Numbered from the stretch's first letter, positions 1 through 17,350 are shown. The stretch: 64,000 nucleotides of DNA from Chrysomallon squamiferum (GCA_012295275.1 CM022676.1:8494001-8558000), one strand, 5' to 3'. Numbers and translations: made by a program. The notes: generated by a model from the sequence alone, not told the origin.

Positions 1-1133
1 CGGCGGCCTCTAAGAAAAAGCTATTACCGCTAATTCGGGGTAATCATATTTTTATCGATTGGTAAGTACTTGCGGTCAGATGATTAATAGACTGGTCAAA
101 GCTCCTTTGCTTATATGATTTTATTATTTGTACTGGTTTCGACGCTTTTATTACGCAGTAGCGTTCTTGTGTGTGGAGGTGGGGGTGGGGTGAAGGGTAG
201 AAGATAGGACAACAAACATGTGACGTCATAGAAATGGGTGTGTTTGTGTTTGTATGCGTCATAATTATACTCGCGTAGTTTGAAGGTTTTTTTTTATTGT
301 TGTTGTTGTTGGTTTTAGGTAAGTAGTTTTAGCAGTTTAAAGTTTCGTTATGATTATTACACTGGAGGGAATTTTCTCAAAATAAATCTTTAGTAATCTG
401 AATTGTAATGTAAAATAGTTTTTCCTGTAATTTATTTATTTATTTATTTATTTATAGCTATAATAATAAAAACAGTAATAACAAAAACAGTAATAATAAT
501 AATTAATAATAATGAAGATACAATAATAATAATAATTAATAATAATGAAGATAACAATAATAGTAATAATAATAATAATAATAATAATTACAAATTAATA
601 ATAATAATAATAATAATAATAATTCTTTATCGATCATTGTTATTCATTAGGTCAGTATGGAATAGAAAACCATTTGTTATGTTGTCGTAGTTGGTGGTTG
701 TTGTCAACATTGTTCCTCGTCATCTAAAATCAATATTCATTGTTTTCTTTAAATTATTGCTGATAATGTGCATGTTGCCATGACATTAGGTTTTATCTCA
801 CATTATTAATGTCAATTTTAGTGACAGCTGTTACGCTCGAGTTACCTGCGCGAGCGCTGGAGGTTATCTCCCTTGACCTATGAGAGTTATTTCTCCTAAT
901 GGTTCCGCCATTTTCCCTTAAGTGCTCAGTTTAATTTGTTCTTTAATTTTTAATTTAAAATTATTATTATCATTATTATTATTATTTTTGTTGTTGTTGT
1001 TGTTATTGTTATTATTATTATTGTTATTGTTATTATTGTTATTATTATTATTATATTATTATTATTGTTGTTGTTGTTGTTGTTATTGCTATTATTATTT
1101 TATTATTATTATTATTATCATGATTATTATTTA

Positions 1134-1165
<32 letters not shown>

Positions 1166-1512
1166 AATTATTATCATCATCATTATCATTATCATTATTA
1201 TTATTACTGTCGTTATTATTATGATTATTATTATTGCATTATTATTATCATTACTACTACTACTACCACAACCACCACGACTACAAACTACTACGACGAA
1301 CGACCGCGACGAATACAGCTATGTGTTATCAAGGTGATGTGAACGAACGCTGTCATAATCTTGCCAATAATTTCGACACGGCGTTTTCAAAATTTAGGCA
1401 AAATTATGATTGTTATCATCTCTGTTGTCAGTTGTCTCCCTTGTCTTACATGCTGCATGTGTGCACGAGTCTCGGTTGGTTAGACAGGGTGTGTGTCTGT
1501 ATGTTTACGTGG

Positions 1513-1544
<32 letters not shown>

Positions 1545-1861
1545 TGCGTGCAATCTCGCTATCATTTTTTTTTCACTCCAGCAGTGAACCGTGAACGCGG
1601 AATTCGTAAATTGCAGTCACGTGACCATACTATACCTTTTCTACATTAAAGTTAACAAAGTTATTGAAACGTCATCATACTAAATCTGTTGCCCCGGGCA
1701 ACGTCGACATTTAACTGCGATGAGTCAGAGTTATTTCCCGTAGGCGGGTTAGTTTTAATACTACAATCGTCTGTTATTTTCCTTTAGGTTATTTTTTAAT
1801 CTTCATAATTATTTGATTCTTCTTCTTCTTTTCTTTATTATTATTATTTATGCTATTGTTA

Positions 1862-1952
<91 letters not shown>

Positions 1953-3973
1953 AGTTCTCGTTCTCTTAATCGATATTTTTATTTCTTTATTTCTTTATTT
2001 GTTTCTGGTTTGTTTTCTTTCTTTCTTTATTTACTTACTTGCTTGCTTATTTATTTATTTATTTATTCAGTGGTTTGTTAATTTATTTATTTATTTATTT
2101 ATTTGGTGTGTCAAATTAAGTTCAACTAAGTTATGATACATATGCACGATATAATATTATTGTCTCCATCAATGAGTTTATCCGATGACACATTTCTGAG
2201 GATCAGATATTTCTGACTCCCACATAAAATACGACTACAATACTAACTTCATCTTTAATTGCCGCATTCAAAATAATGACGTCAACAATTCACACAAACA
2301 AGGTGACGTCATAAGGAGTCAATGATGCTCTTTGTATCTTGTTTATAAATCAGAATATATCAGCTGTCACCGGACGTGAGTAAAATGAAATCTATTAAAT
2401 CATCATAAATACGTAATAACATCGTTGACGTCATTTGATAATGGTTAAAGCACGTCTATCGTGGCTAAAACACTGAAATGTCAAATAATATCAGCGTCGT
2501 TCATTCAACCCCCTTGAACTAACCATAATAATAATACTCAAACGACTCTTCTTTGTTGTGAATCCAAATTAGAAAACTAAAATGACCACTGGTCAATATA
2601 GCTTAATAGAGAAGATAGTGATGGACAAATGAGTCCTGTTCGGTGTAATCTTGAGACTGACCCAGCCATTTTTGTCCATTCTTTGTCCACTGTTTGTCCT
2701 CTTTATCGCCTATTGTTCCTTCTGATGAAGTAATTAAGTTCTTTTGTCCACCTTTGCAGGTTTACGATGATGACCATTAACATTAACTATACAGAAACTT
2801 ATTTAAAATCAGATTAATTCCTTTTTATCGTGGCACTTCGCGGTTTTTTTAGCTGATCAAAGTTTCACTCTTCGGATGATTGTTCGAATTCTCAAGGACA
2901 AACGAGATAATTAATACGTTTCTTTGTAGCTCTTTGCGGGATTTCATTGTCAGAACTGAGTATTCAGATACTGAATTAAATGCACGGAGATAAACAATTA
3001 ACTGATAAGTCTGCGTATTTTGCGGTTCTTCACGGATACTCTTCGGTCCACTAATAAATGTCCAGAACTAATTTATTGTGTTTACAACGCACGAAGGTCG
3101 GTCCGTTAATGATGAAGTTTTAATTCATCTTCACGAGCCAAAGAGAATAATGTTTACGTCCGTTTCTTTGATTTTTTTCTTTTTTCTTTTCTTCTCGTTT
3201 GCTTTGCTTGTTTTTATGTTATTACTTTAATTCTATTTTGTATTCGTGTTTTCGTGTTTTTCTTTTTTTTAATCACCTTGTCATTATCTTTCTTCTTTTT
3301 TCATTTTATTCTTATTTCGCTTCTACAAATACTTAAACTACAACTACTACTACTATTACTACTTTTATTCTTCTACTACTACAAGTGTTAATATTACTCA
3401 ACGACTACCACTACTACTCCTACCACAGCTACTAATCTTCTACTACAACTACTACTACTACTCTACTACTAACCGTTCTGCTATTCCTACTATTACTACT
3501 GTTCCTGTTATTACTATTACTACTAATATTACTACTATTACTGTTCGTACTTTTAATGTTACTAATACTTCAGACACTATTACTACAACTATTGCTATTA
3601 CTACAAGACTATTACCACTATTACTATTACTACTATAACAATTACGTTATTAATCTGTTACTACTAGTGCATTATTATTACTATTGTTACTGATACTATT
3701 ACAATTAACACTACTACCACTACAACGACTAATACTACTACTACAACTACAACTACTAAAAATATTACTATTCTCTACTGCTCCAACTAACAGTAACAAA
3801 TACAATATTACGACGACCATCACAACGACAACTACACCAACAAATACTGCTATCAGAATCATTTATACCGTACTTTGTTTGTCTTTGCGTACTTGTTAGT
3901 GTGTGTATCTGTCGACTTGGTGAACAATAACATCAAACATGAATTTATATTTGTCATTGTTTTGATTTTTCAG

Positions 3974-4051
3974 ACATTCTTCGATCACAATAAAAGACAA
4001 AAGCGGGGCCCACGTCGCAGTGTCACCAACGATGCCAGTGAACACGTCCGA
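3974..4051 (+). CDS. PDE9A: PDE9 N-terminal exon (x)HSSITIKDKSGAHVAVSPTMPVNTS(E)
   Basis: tttttcag acceptor, gtaagt donor, phase 2/2. Resembles human PDE9A [26 protein letters not shown] (recalled). The frame differs from the ORF track. Confidence 0.85.
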
Positions 4052-4488
4052 GTAAGTAGATCAACTCTTTTTATTTTAATTTTAATTAATTAATTAATTC
4101 ATATTATCATTATTAATATTGTTGTTGTTGCTATTCTTCTTCTTCGTCTTTGTTTTCGTGTTCTTATTCTTCTTCTAATTACTATTATTATTATTGTTGT
4201 TGTTGTTGTTGTTGTTATTATTATTAATAGTAGTAGTGGTAGCAGCAGCAGTAGTAGTAGTAGTAGTAGTAACAGTATTAGTAGCAATACTGTTATTATT
4301 ATTAATATTATTACTAAAGCTATTATTATTATTATTACTATTATTGTTATTATTGTTATTATTATCATCATCATTATCATTATTATTCCTATCGTTATTA
4401 TTATTATTATTATTATTCTGTTGTTATTGTTATTATCATCATGATCATTATCATCATTATTCTTGCTATTATTATATTATTATTACAT

Positions 4489-4519
<31 letters not shown>

Positions 4520-4977
4520 TATTATTATATCACGTCACGTGACAGTAGAGCATTCTCCTGAGACGATGACGTGTTGTTGTTGACCAAGGTAATAATTATA
4601 TCTAACACCTACCAGACTCCCGTTTATTAAACAGCCTTTCTTTTTTTAACTGAAATGGCAGCCATTTTATCTCTCCGTCTTAAAAACATCGTCTCCTAGC
4701 TTTTCTTGTCTTTGGGCATAAACAGCGAGAGACTGGAACCTGTTATAATCACAAAAGAGAAAGGCTGTCCACCGAAATAAACTGTACAGTTCAGATGGAC
4801 ATAGGTAATTACGTTTTCACTGGTCTGTTTGTTTAGCCTTAATGCGATTGTTGATGTGACAAAAATATATTATTTTTTGATACGGTTGTATGTCGGTATT
4901 TTAAGACAGTGTTTACGGTAATTTATCTAAAAGGATATAGGTTTCTGTTGTTCTAATAGGTTGTGTTGAATGTTAGT

Positions 4978-5021
<44 letters not shown>

Positions 5022-6093
5022 TAGATTTAATATTAATAGAAATACATAATACTGTTATTTAAATGTTATCACCATAGTAATTCGTCAGTGCCAGCGCTAA
5101 TGAAGTTTCACAAATGTTTTGTCGTGTTTCTAGTGAAATTAAACGTGCCAATATAACAGTTTTATATAGATATAGATATTAAATTTTAATCTTACAGAAC
5201 AGCCTAGTCGAATACATCTTTATATACCGTTAGAAGTAGGCCTACTTGTTGAATATTCAGTATATTTCCTTTATGGGTTTCTATCTCGGTTACCAAGGTA
5301 ACTGAAATTAGGGTCAGTTCCCGGTATCAGTTACACGTGTGATAGACAAATCTCAAACTGTTATATATCAGCCTCGGCATTATCACGTCATAATATCATG
5401 ACGTCATATTTATTGTTTATAAGTTAACGTTATTACTAGTTTTAAACAAAACAAAAAAGAAATAAAAAAGAAGCCATATTTTATCATTTTGATTTTTCTG
5501 GTTGTAAGTTATTTGTTTCTTATTTATTTATTTATTTATTAAATCATTTTATTTTTTATTTATTTATTTAATAATTTCCTTTTCTTCTTTTTAGCTATGT
5601 ATTTTATTTATTTATTTATTTATTTATTTAGTCTATTTTATTTTTGTTTATTTTATCTTATTAATCATTAATTAACAACCAACGATCATTCGTGAAACTA
5701 CATATTCTAAAACAATGATGATGACGACATTGATAATGATCACTTTCAGGTGATATCTAAAACAAAAAGATATCAAAATGTTTGAGAAAAAAACAACAAC
5801 AACAAAACAAAAACAAACAAACAAAAACAAAAAACATGTAGAAGGTAAGGGAGATAATTCATGTTATTAGATGAACTAAATTCCCTTAATATTCCGCTAG
5901 ACCACGTATAGAAATGCGAGTCCTTGTTAACAGTCGAAGAAATCAAATATCAGATTAGCCTAAAGAAACACAAAATACACAAACTGACTTCTTTTTGACG
6001 ATAAGTTTTCTTTTTGTTTTGTTGTTGTTGGTTGGCTTCTTTGCTTCATATTGCGTAGAACAAGAACATTATAATAAGAGAGAAAAGTGGATG

Positions 6094-6141
<48 letters not shown>

Positions 6142-6451
6142 GTCAGACGGATCATTCGACTGAGAGCCAGACAGACAAACATATACACTGACAGATAAAT
6201 ACATACCAAAAAAATACAAATATACATACATACATATATATACACATACACGCACAAACATACAGGCATACATACATACATATATAAGCATACATACATT
6301 CACATATACAAACACACACATACACACAGGTAAGTATGTAGATATGTAGGTTGGTAGGCAGACAGTCAGTCAAACAGACATTCAATTGGGGTAGAGAGTG
6401 TGCCATTTGTTTAAGCCCCCCCTCTCTCTCTCTCACACACACACACACTCA

Positions 6452-6542
<91 letters not shown>

Positions 6543-6585
6543 TCGCTCTCTTACTCTTACTCTCTTTCTCTCTTACTCTCTCTCT

Positions 6586-6636
<51 letters not shown>

Positions 6637-7109
6637 CCACTCGCTCTTTGTTTGTCTCTCTCTCTCTCTATGTGTGTGTGTGTGTCCCTCCTATCTTCTC
6701 AACAAAATAAAGTTGATATTTTATTCAGTACACTATCACCATCTTCATCCTTTCATTTCGTCGTACTAAGTTGTATTTTTTGTATTTTTTTTTTTTTTTT
6801 TTTTTTTTACTAACGACGAAGCAAGGAGGATACATCGCCTTTCTGAACAACAATACGACAGAAGAAAAAACCTGCTAAATATGACAAGATAAAAAAAATA
6901 TACATCATTTTAAGTGGATCCCTGCGGCAAGTGACAAATAAGCAAACACTTTTTCTAAGCAGACAAGCTTTCTAAATTAGTTTCTCCACAGTACGTTTAC
7001 CTTGCAGGCACAGTACCATCAAAATATATTTAAAGAAAAAAAAAAAAAAAACTGGAAAACGTGGGTAGGACAGAGGACAGGAATAGACTGTTATTTTTTA
7101 GCCAAATCG

Positions 7110-7169
<60 letters not shown>

Positions 7170-7410
7170 GTAGTAGTAGTAGTAGTAGTATATTATTATT
7201 ATCATCATTATTATTATTATTATCGTTACAATTATTATTATTATTATCATCATCATCATCATTATTATTATTATTACTGTTGTTGTTGTTCTACTATTAC
7301 TGCTGCTACTACTATTATTGTTATTATTCTGTTTTATTTTATTTATTGACTAAATACATCTTTCTTACAGTTTACTTTTTAAAAAATTAAACAACATGAA
7401 AATTAAGAAC

Positions 7411-7464
<54 letters not shown>

Positions 7465-7955
7465 GGGAGAAAAATAACAACAAACAAATAAATAATCTGA
7501 ACAAAAAATAATAAAAAATAAAAAAAATAACTTGTTTCTCTGTCATGAATTGATCCTGCAACCTGTCGCTCGTAAACACAGATAAACAAGCTCGCATGCC
7601 GACCAGCAATTCTGGAGTGCTGGGTAATCGCCTGTTTGTTAACAGTTATCACAGATCTCAAGCGATTTCAAACAAATCCATTTACCGCTTATCTTGTGTA
7701 CGTTGAAATGACGTCACAAATTTTCCGTTACTCGGTAACCGTTTCCAACGGTGTCAATGACCTTGCCAGCAAAAATGGAATTTAATGTTCTTTATAATCA
7801 CGAGCTTCTGTTTTGTTCGTGACGACTTTTAACGTGGCGCCGGAAAGCTTTCTAGTGCGCCACTAGTCCAGTTAGGTTAGTGCATTATAATCGTGATTAG
7901 TAAATCATTGGCAACACAGATTGCCTAAACCGACAAGTAATAGGTTTAAAATAAA

Positions 7956-8012
<57 letters not shown>

Positions 8013-8192
8013 GTAGTAATAATAGTAGTAATAATAATAATAATAAAAAAATAATAATAATAATAGTAGTAGTAGTAGTAGTAATAATAATAGTAATAAT
8101 AATAATAGCAACAACAGCAACAACAACAATGATGATGATGATGATGATTTATATCTGTATCTGTATATATATCTCAACCTCTCTCTCTCTCT

Positions 8193-8323
<131 letters not shown>

Positions 8324-9230
8324 TACTTCCCCTTTCAACCTTCTTCTCTACATAAAAAAAAGAAAAAGAAAGACATTATTAAAATATTCTCGTTTTATCT
8401 TTTTGATAAAGACCAACTTAATTTAACCCTAACAATGAACTCTATTTACCTGCAAGCAAAACGCATCTGTTATAATCTTTGATGTCAGAAAAACAGGAAT
8501 ATAGCGTCCAACATTCCTTAAAAAAAAAAAAAAAAAAAAAAATTACTTTAATAATATTCACAACACTTTTTAGCATTCTAATCACGCTTTACTGTAATTA
8601 ATTTGAATATATATATATATATAGATATAATCTTTTATCATTAAAACTTGTTTACGGAAAGAATACACAAGTACTGCTATCGTTTTGCAAGTGTAATGTA
8701 TGCATAGCTTTTCATGTACAGGTACATATGTATGTAGTGAACACGTGTGTATATATCCGTGTATTGGTGCGGGTGTGTTCGGGTAGGTGTGTGCATGCGT
8801 GTGTGTGTGTGTCTGTGCGTACGTACGTCTCTCTTTTATCCAAATTTACACATATTTGTCGGCTCTATTTAACAAATAAAAGAATAATAAAAATGAGTAA
8901 TTTCAAAGTTTATCCAAGTATCACTGAATTCCAAGTTATTAAGCGTCAAATTTATGATCCGTAACATGTGCAAGATTTGTGCATGATTCATGTGTCCTCC
9001 AGTGAAGTTCAGATTTTCTCAACCGCTGCATTCTTTTCATTTCAAACAACTCGGATCTTAATTTCAGCAGTATAAATGTTTTTTTTTTTTTTTTTTTTGT
9101 TAAATTCAGCGGTGTTAATGACAGTCTTCAGACAGTCCACATCTAGAGAAAAATATAAAGAACAGTTAACCCTTCCTTTGTAATACTTTTTTATTTGTCT
9201 CTGTTTTGTTTTGTTTTTTGTTTTTATTTC

Positions 9231-9304
<74 letters not shown>

Positions 9305-10120
9305 CGTTTTTGTTTTTTCGTTTTTTTCTTCCGTGTCTTCTTTTTCATCTTCTTTCTCTTTTACCTTTTAATATTTTTCTTCTTTTTCTTCTTCTTCTTC
9401 TTCCTTTTATACTACTAATTCTACTTCTGTTACTGCTACTACTGTTACTATTACTGTTATTATCATTATTGTTGTTGTTATTATAACTATAATTATTATT
9501 ATTATCATCATCATCATCATCATCATTAACATCATCTTATTTCTATCATTACTATTTCAAATAATACTATTGTTTCTGCTACTACATATAATACTACTTC
9601 TTTTACTACTACTACTTCTATTATTCCTACTACTACTGCTACTTCTATTACTACTACCGCTACTGCTACTTCTATTACTACTACCGCTCCTACTACTAAT
9701 AGTATAACCACCACTATTATAGCTGCTATTATTACTAACTAACTATCTAACTACTGACATTTCTACAACTACAACTTCAAGTACTCCAGTGCAACGAAGT
9801 CACTGGTTTACTTTTAAACTATTCTATATCGTTTATTTCTTATTTGCCAATACTTAAAACGGTTAGAGGTAAGTAGGTTTTCATTCTGATAATAATGGTA
9901 GGTAAACACAGTTAGGTAAGATATTAATAGATCGATAGCAAGTGATTAAAGGCACTCTGCTGAGAAATTAACAAAATGGAGTATTTTTGCTTCTAATTTT
10001 GTTTGATTTAACGTGTCTTCTGGCGTTAATGTCTTTCATTTTCTCTCTCTCTGTCTCTCTTTGTATATGCGTGTGTGTATGTATATTATGTATGTATGTA
10101 TATATGTATGTATGTATGTA

Positions 10121-10171
<51 letters not shown>

Positions 10172-10328
10172 CGCATGTAAGCGTTTGTTTTGTTAATTCC
10201 TACCTATAATATATGTTCTATGCTTGTATATTTGTTATGCATATCAAAAACATCATCATATAATCACCATCATCATCACTATTATTATTATATCAGTATG
10301 TTATATTGATTAAAGCTTTCTTGATATC

Positions 10329-10438
<110 letters not shown>

Positions 10439-11222
10439 GGAGAGAGAAAGAGAGACAGAGAGAGAAAGAGAGAGAGAGAGTGAGAGAACAGAGAGAGAGA
10501 TAGTTAAACAGAAGTACCTACAGACAATATATATATATATAAATATATATATACATATATATATTAAAATACAACAAAAACAAATAAAAGAAAGAAAGGA
10601 ATGAATAAACAAGGTAAAACAATAATAATAACAACAATAACAACAAACAAAACAATAGCAGGAAAAAGTCAAATTTAAAAAAAAAAATTTAAAAAAAAAA
10701 AGCGACAGTGCTTCTTTAACTGTTCTACTTGACTTGACGATTTATTGTTTTGCGTTCACTTGACGTGAACACGAAACTTGTAGAACCGCTTTCAGCTGAA
10801 ACTAGGTGGTCAAAGGTACGCAAGTTTACAATAGCGTGTTCCTTCCCTGCGTGCGTTTTCTCATTCTCTGCTTCAGAATCACGTGCATGGATATACGTAC
10901 ATCTTCATTCTGGAAATAACTGCATTTTTTTTTTTATGATGGTTAACTGAAATATTTTAAGGTAATTTTTTTTTTTTTTTTTTTTTTTTTCAGCAGTATT
11001 GTTTATAGGTTGTCTGATTCTTAGCTAGTTTATGTCGCTGTCTCTATATCTATCTGTCTATCTTTCTATATCTGACTCTCTGTCTTTCTCTCCTTTTTCC
11101 CTACTATCTCTCTATCTGTCTGTCTCTCTCTACCTATCTCCTTCGATTTCTAACTATGTCTTTCTCTCTGTTTCTTTTTTTTCTCTATTATCTATGTTTC
11201 ATACTTTCTCTGTTTCTATTTA

Positions 11223-11275
<53 letters not shown>

Positions 11276-11787
11276 AAATATATGCATATATGTGTGTATG
11301 TATGCGTGTGTCTATTTTTATCACACTTTTCATTTTTCTCTCTATTTCATTGTTTTCTTCACATTCTTCTGTTTCACCATCTCCTGCATTAGTTTATTTT
11401 TATTTTATTTTATTTTTTTCATTTATTAACTCGAAAACAAAAATGAAATCCGTGCAAAAAAACACAAAAAATCAAAACAAACAATAGACACACAAAACCA
11501 CTCATTTCTATTTCTATTATCTAAATGAAGACGGATCAATTTTAAAACATTTTAAAGTATATTGCAGACATAAAACTAGCTGACAACAGATATTTATGTC
11601 AGTCACAGTCATAAAGATGTCTATTAATTTTCATAAGTATTGAACAGCTTCGTTCTTGAATAATGATAATAATCAGTTTTGTAGAAAATCAGTGTTATAT
11701 TAAAACAGGAGTCATATTTATATTAAGATATATAAATATATTAATGTCTGTGTTAATATATTCTCTCTCTCCCTCTCTCTCTCTTTT

Positions 11788-11895
<108 letters not shown>

Positions 11896-12115
11896 AAACT
11901 ATAAGCAGACACATTTTCACTTATGCTTATAGTTTTGTATGTGTATTAGTATCTAGATAGATAGACAGATAGAGAGAGAGAGAGATAGAATCACACAGAT
12001 AATCAATCGTCTGTGTTTATTTTACCTAGTTCCCTCTCATTGTTTCTTTCCTTCTGTTTCTCTCTGTATCTCTCCCTCTCTCTCGTTCACTCTCTATCAC
12101 TGTTTGTCTTTCAGC

Positions 12116-12262
<147 letters not shown>

Positions 12263-12744
12263 CCTCCCTCCCTCCCTCCCTCTCACCCACACACGCGTCA
12301 CCTACTGCACTTGTTTCTCTTTATGCTTAGTGTTTATGACATTTCAAAAGTGGTGTCAGTGAAGCGGATACAAGCCACTAGACCTTAAATGATACAGAGG
12401 TCATCCAGTCACTTAAAGATCCTCTGTCGACATCAATTAGACCGTAGAGATCATCTTAAAAAAAAACATGTTATCTACACAGGTTTGGTTCAAGCTACGG
12501 AATGTGGCTACGTCTGATGGAATTTGGATAAAACAGTGACGTGCACGCACACCCACTCAACCCACACCCATGCATAGATATACACATACATACATGTTTA
12601 CATACATGTTTACATAACATATTTACATACATATGTACTCATATATGCATACATATATATTTCTCTCGTTGATTGTTTCGTTTCTATGGTGGCTTTTTAA
12701 AAAAAAATATTTCTTACGTTTTTGTTTTGTTTGTTTTGTTTCAG

Positions 12745-12806
12745 AACCCGTTATACCGTCCACATCAAAGAACCTCCGGCTCGACCACAAGCGCAAGACA
12801 TAGCAG
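12745..12806 (+). CDS. PDE9A: PDE9 exon (E)TRYTVHIKEPPARPQAQDIA
   Basis: gtttcag acceptor and gtaaca donor, phase 2 to 1. Resembles PDE9A RTPYKVRPV and is in frame with the flanking exons. Confidence 0.85.
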
Positions 12807-12835
12807 GTAACATGTTAATTAGTATTGTCAGATAT

Positions 12836-13433
<598 letters not shown>

Positions 13434-13879
13434 ATTTGCTTCGTCTATCAGATATTAACCCTTGTTTGATGTCCGTGATACCATGCTCAGTAACAACAAT
13501 AGCAAAAATAATAGTTTTTAACGAGCACAGCTTATGAAAGAAAACTAAGATCTACATTACTTACATCTGAGGAAATTTACCAGTACGGGAGTCCTGACCC
13601 ATCAGACAAAATGGGCGCCTGATAAACCACACATCAACGAATTTTCTTAACAAAAGAATCGGACAATCATCATGTCTATCTATCTATCTATATCAATCAG
13701 AAAGACGGTTGCTTTCTTTTCACAGAAAAAGTCAGACCCATTTTGTTTCTTTTACTATGCAGCCAGTGACAGCAAATAAACAGAACGACGAGTTTTACTG
13801 AAATCGTGAAGAAAACAATCAAATGAAAACTAAGAAATTAACCGCTTTGGTTATCAGCAACTCCTTCAGGGCTAAAAAG

Positions 13880-13912
<33 letters not shown>

Positions 13913-14437
13913 TGCTAATAAAATTCCAAATGTTTCACTATGTCACTTGGTATCTGATATTTAAGGGGGTAGGCGGTTTGACCCCGACTGGGCATCATGC
14001 CCCACCCCTACCGTCCCCTGCGCGGAAAAATTAAATAACATTCAGCAGACATTGTTTTGTAGTGTACTGACCTATGTTCGTGTAATACAACACTTTTTAC
14101 TGCTGTGTAATACGACAACTTAATGTCACCGGATAAATTCAACACGTTTATTCTTTTAAAACTGAGCTTCTTTTTTTTTAAGTTCAAAAGTGTCAGTTAT
14201 GTGTGTATGTCTCTCTAGTTGTAGTGTATACACAGTTACGTGTGTATGTATGTATGTATAGATGAAGTGTATGTATGTATGTGACATGTATGTGTATGTA
14301 TGTATATATTTAAGTGTGTGTATGTATGTATGTATGTATTTATGTATGTATGTATTTAAGTGTGTGTATGTATGTATGTATGTATTGTATGCATTTATGT
14401 ATTTTATTTTATTTATTTATTTATTTATTTTTTTCAG

Positions 14438-14492
14438 CTGACCCAGAAGTATTTCAGACTGTTCTCACAAACGTTGCTGAACAGCTAAATAG
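14438..14492 (+). CDS. PDE9A: PDE9 exon (A)DPEVFQTVLTNVAEQLN(R)
   Basis: ttttcag acceptor and gtaagt donor. Matches PDE9A ELIQSVLAQVAEQFSR. Confidence 0.9.
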
Positions 14493-15004
14493 GTAAGTTC
14501 ACACACGCACAGACGCACAAACAATCGCACGCACATTATACATGTATTTTTAATACGTCTCCGTCATTACATGGGACTTTTTACGACTCAGTAATATTTA
14601 TTTAATAATAATAACAAAAATATACTGTTTATCAAAATTCATGATATATGTAGGTGTGTGTGTGTGTATATATACATGTCCTTATCTAAAACAAAATATC
14701 GTTGCTAATGTTACAGATTTCCTGTTAAGTCAAGAATTTTAACCCAAATGCTGAATTTTTATTTTCTATAACAGTACAAGAAAACTAACCGTTTCGCTCA
14801 AGCGATATGCTAAAACATATTTGACATTAATTAGCTGATAACAGACAATGAACTGTGATGCAAATACATCATTACTCAAATATTTGACAGTAAACAGCGA
14901 CGATAGACAAATAATTAATAAAGTCAAGTATTTTAATAAACTTAAGGTGTTTTTTTTGATAGATAACTGGGAAAAAACAATTAATTCATGTACTTTTATT
15001 TACG

Positions 15005-15300
15005 CCTTTAAACAAATATTTAACATCAAATAGCTGTTGATAAAAAAAAAATGTATCAATGTGTTTTAACGATGCTTTTAAAACATAGATTTAACATAAA
15101 ATATCCGACGACAGTACATTTATCAATATGTTCTACAGACGTTTTCAAACAAATACTTCACAACAACACCGCTGATGATAGAAAAAAAACAACTCTTCAA
15201 CGTGTTTTAATGACGTCTTTAACGAAATCTATTACGTCAAATAACTGATGATAGAAACAAATTTATCAGTATGTTCTAATGATGTTTTCAGACAAACGAC
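15005..15300. repeat. Old degenerate tandem repeat, about 65-70 bp unit
   Basis: Recurring CTGATGATAGAAA...ATCAATATGTTCTA...GTTTTCAAACAAA variants. Confidence 0.6.
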
Positions 15301-15616
15301 CTAAAACGGATTATGGTAAAACCTTTTTTCAGTAGCAGACTTAATAGATTTCGTGACGTCATTACGTCATTAGTTGTTGACTTAAATGTCACGGGGTCAC
15401 TGCCCGCGTAATACAAATCGCAGCCAATTCTGCGTAATAACATTATTTAGTTCTAAACGCAGACCTCAGTGTCCGGATATAGAGTTGTGTTCCCTTGGAT
15501 ACCTTTATGCGCATGTCAGTATACAACATTATTATATTACCGATATATATATTTGTTTGTTTAATTTATTTATTTATTTATCACAAAATTAGTTATTTAA
15601 TAAAATTCAAGATTTG

Positions 15617-15695
<79 letters not shown>

Positions 15696-16983
15696 TCATT
15701 TAACACAGATATTTAAACTTTCGTCATTTTCCAATGAAAACAGAGCAAATTTTCTTTCCATTTTAACTCTCGCCCTCTTTCCACTTAACTAACGAGATTC
15801 GTTTCAAACAGAAATGTGGTTCTGTAAATTAAAACTTTACATTTATCATAATCAAAGAAAACATCAAAACATCGAACTGAAAAAAATAATTCAGGTTAAC
15901 AAATGAAGTCACAATGATATCATAATGATAGCAGGAAATATAATAATTATAAGATCAGATGGAAATAGCCAGAGATGGCGGAACCTAGTTGTGCCATGTT
16001 GAACTCAGAACATATTTACAAACATCTGACTCTTAGGTCAGTGAATCTCGGAGAATTTAAATACCAACATAGACTTAGTTAATGACGGGGCATCTACCTA
16101 TCTGGTCAAACAGAGACAGAATCGATGATTGCCTTATATAAATTTGTTTTGTACATCCATCTATACACACACACACACATAAAAATGTAGATAAAACACT
16201 CACACACACACACACATATATATATATATGTACATACGTACATGCATACATACATAAAATAAAAATACATACATAAGACATATACATGTATCAACATACC
16301 TATCTACATACTTATATACATACATCTACACAAAAAACACACACATATCCATACATACACATACATACATACAAATGTACGTAAAATATATATAGAAATA
16401 TGTGCATACATACATATATACATACACCTACATACCCATCTACATACTTATATATTTACAATATACACAAAAACATATATACTTCCATATGTACACACAT
16501 ATACCCACATACACATAAATACATTCATACCCGGTTATATACATAGATACAACAATACATACATCCGTGCGTGCATGCATACATTCAGACACATTCACTT
16601 ACACACATATTCTCACATTCAAACAGTCACATACAGACACACACTCACAGATACATACAAATGTACAATAAAAAAAAAATACATCGATAAACCATGAACT
16701 AAATACTTCTGTCTCTTCTGGAAATTATCATCGATTTATTCTCTGAACCAAAATATTTACAATTGGGTTACGACAATCGTTAACGATTGCTGTGCAAGAG
16801 CCTTGACATTTTCGTAAAAACAAAAATACACAAAATAAACAAACAAAATACAGTTACCAAAAACATTTCTATTCAGTGAAGATTTTAGCTGTTTTTATTT
16901 TCAACTTGCAACCATACCGCTAACCAAGGGAAACCCCATAAACAAACCGACATTTAAATAAAAAAAAAAGTAAAAGAAAAAAG

Positions 16984-17014
<31 letters not shown>

Positions 17015-17274
17015 TTGGGGTAGGTTTGAGAAAAAGTCGCCATTTTTTTTTTTTTTTTTTTTTTTACAAGGTACTGAAACATCTGCCAATCACGTGACTA
17101 AAACAGTAACATTCAAATACTGAACACCGGTTAATTTGTAGGGTCTTTAGATTATCGAAAACTGGAAATGAAATATTTTTTACAATTCTGTTAAAGATGC
17201 GAAAGAATTCTTTTCAACCTCCGAAAAAAAAAAAAAAAAAGACTGATTGGTTTGAACGGGAAATTACGTAATTA

Positions 17275-17350
17275 GCGATCCACAAAGGACTGATCCACTG
17301 ACCATCTATGCCCCAGACGAGTGCATTAACCACTGGAACATCTCGTGCAA
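17275..17350 (-). mobile_element. Possible degenerate tRNA-derived SINE head
   Basis: The minus strand reads CCAGTGGTTAATGCACTCG...GGATCAGTCC, an A-box-like and B-box-like spacing. It is short and decayed. Confidence 0.3.
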
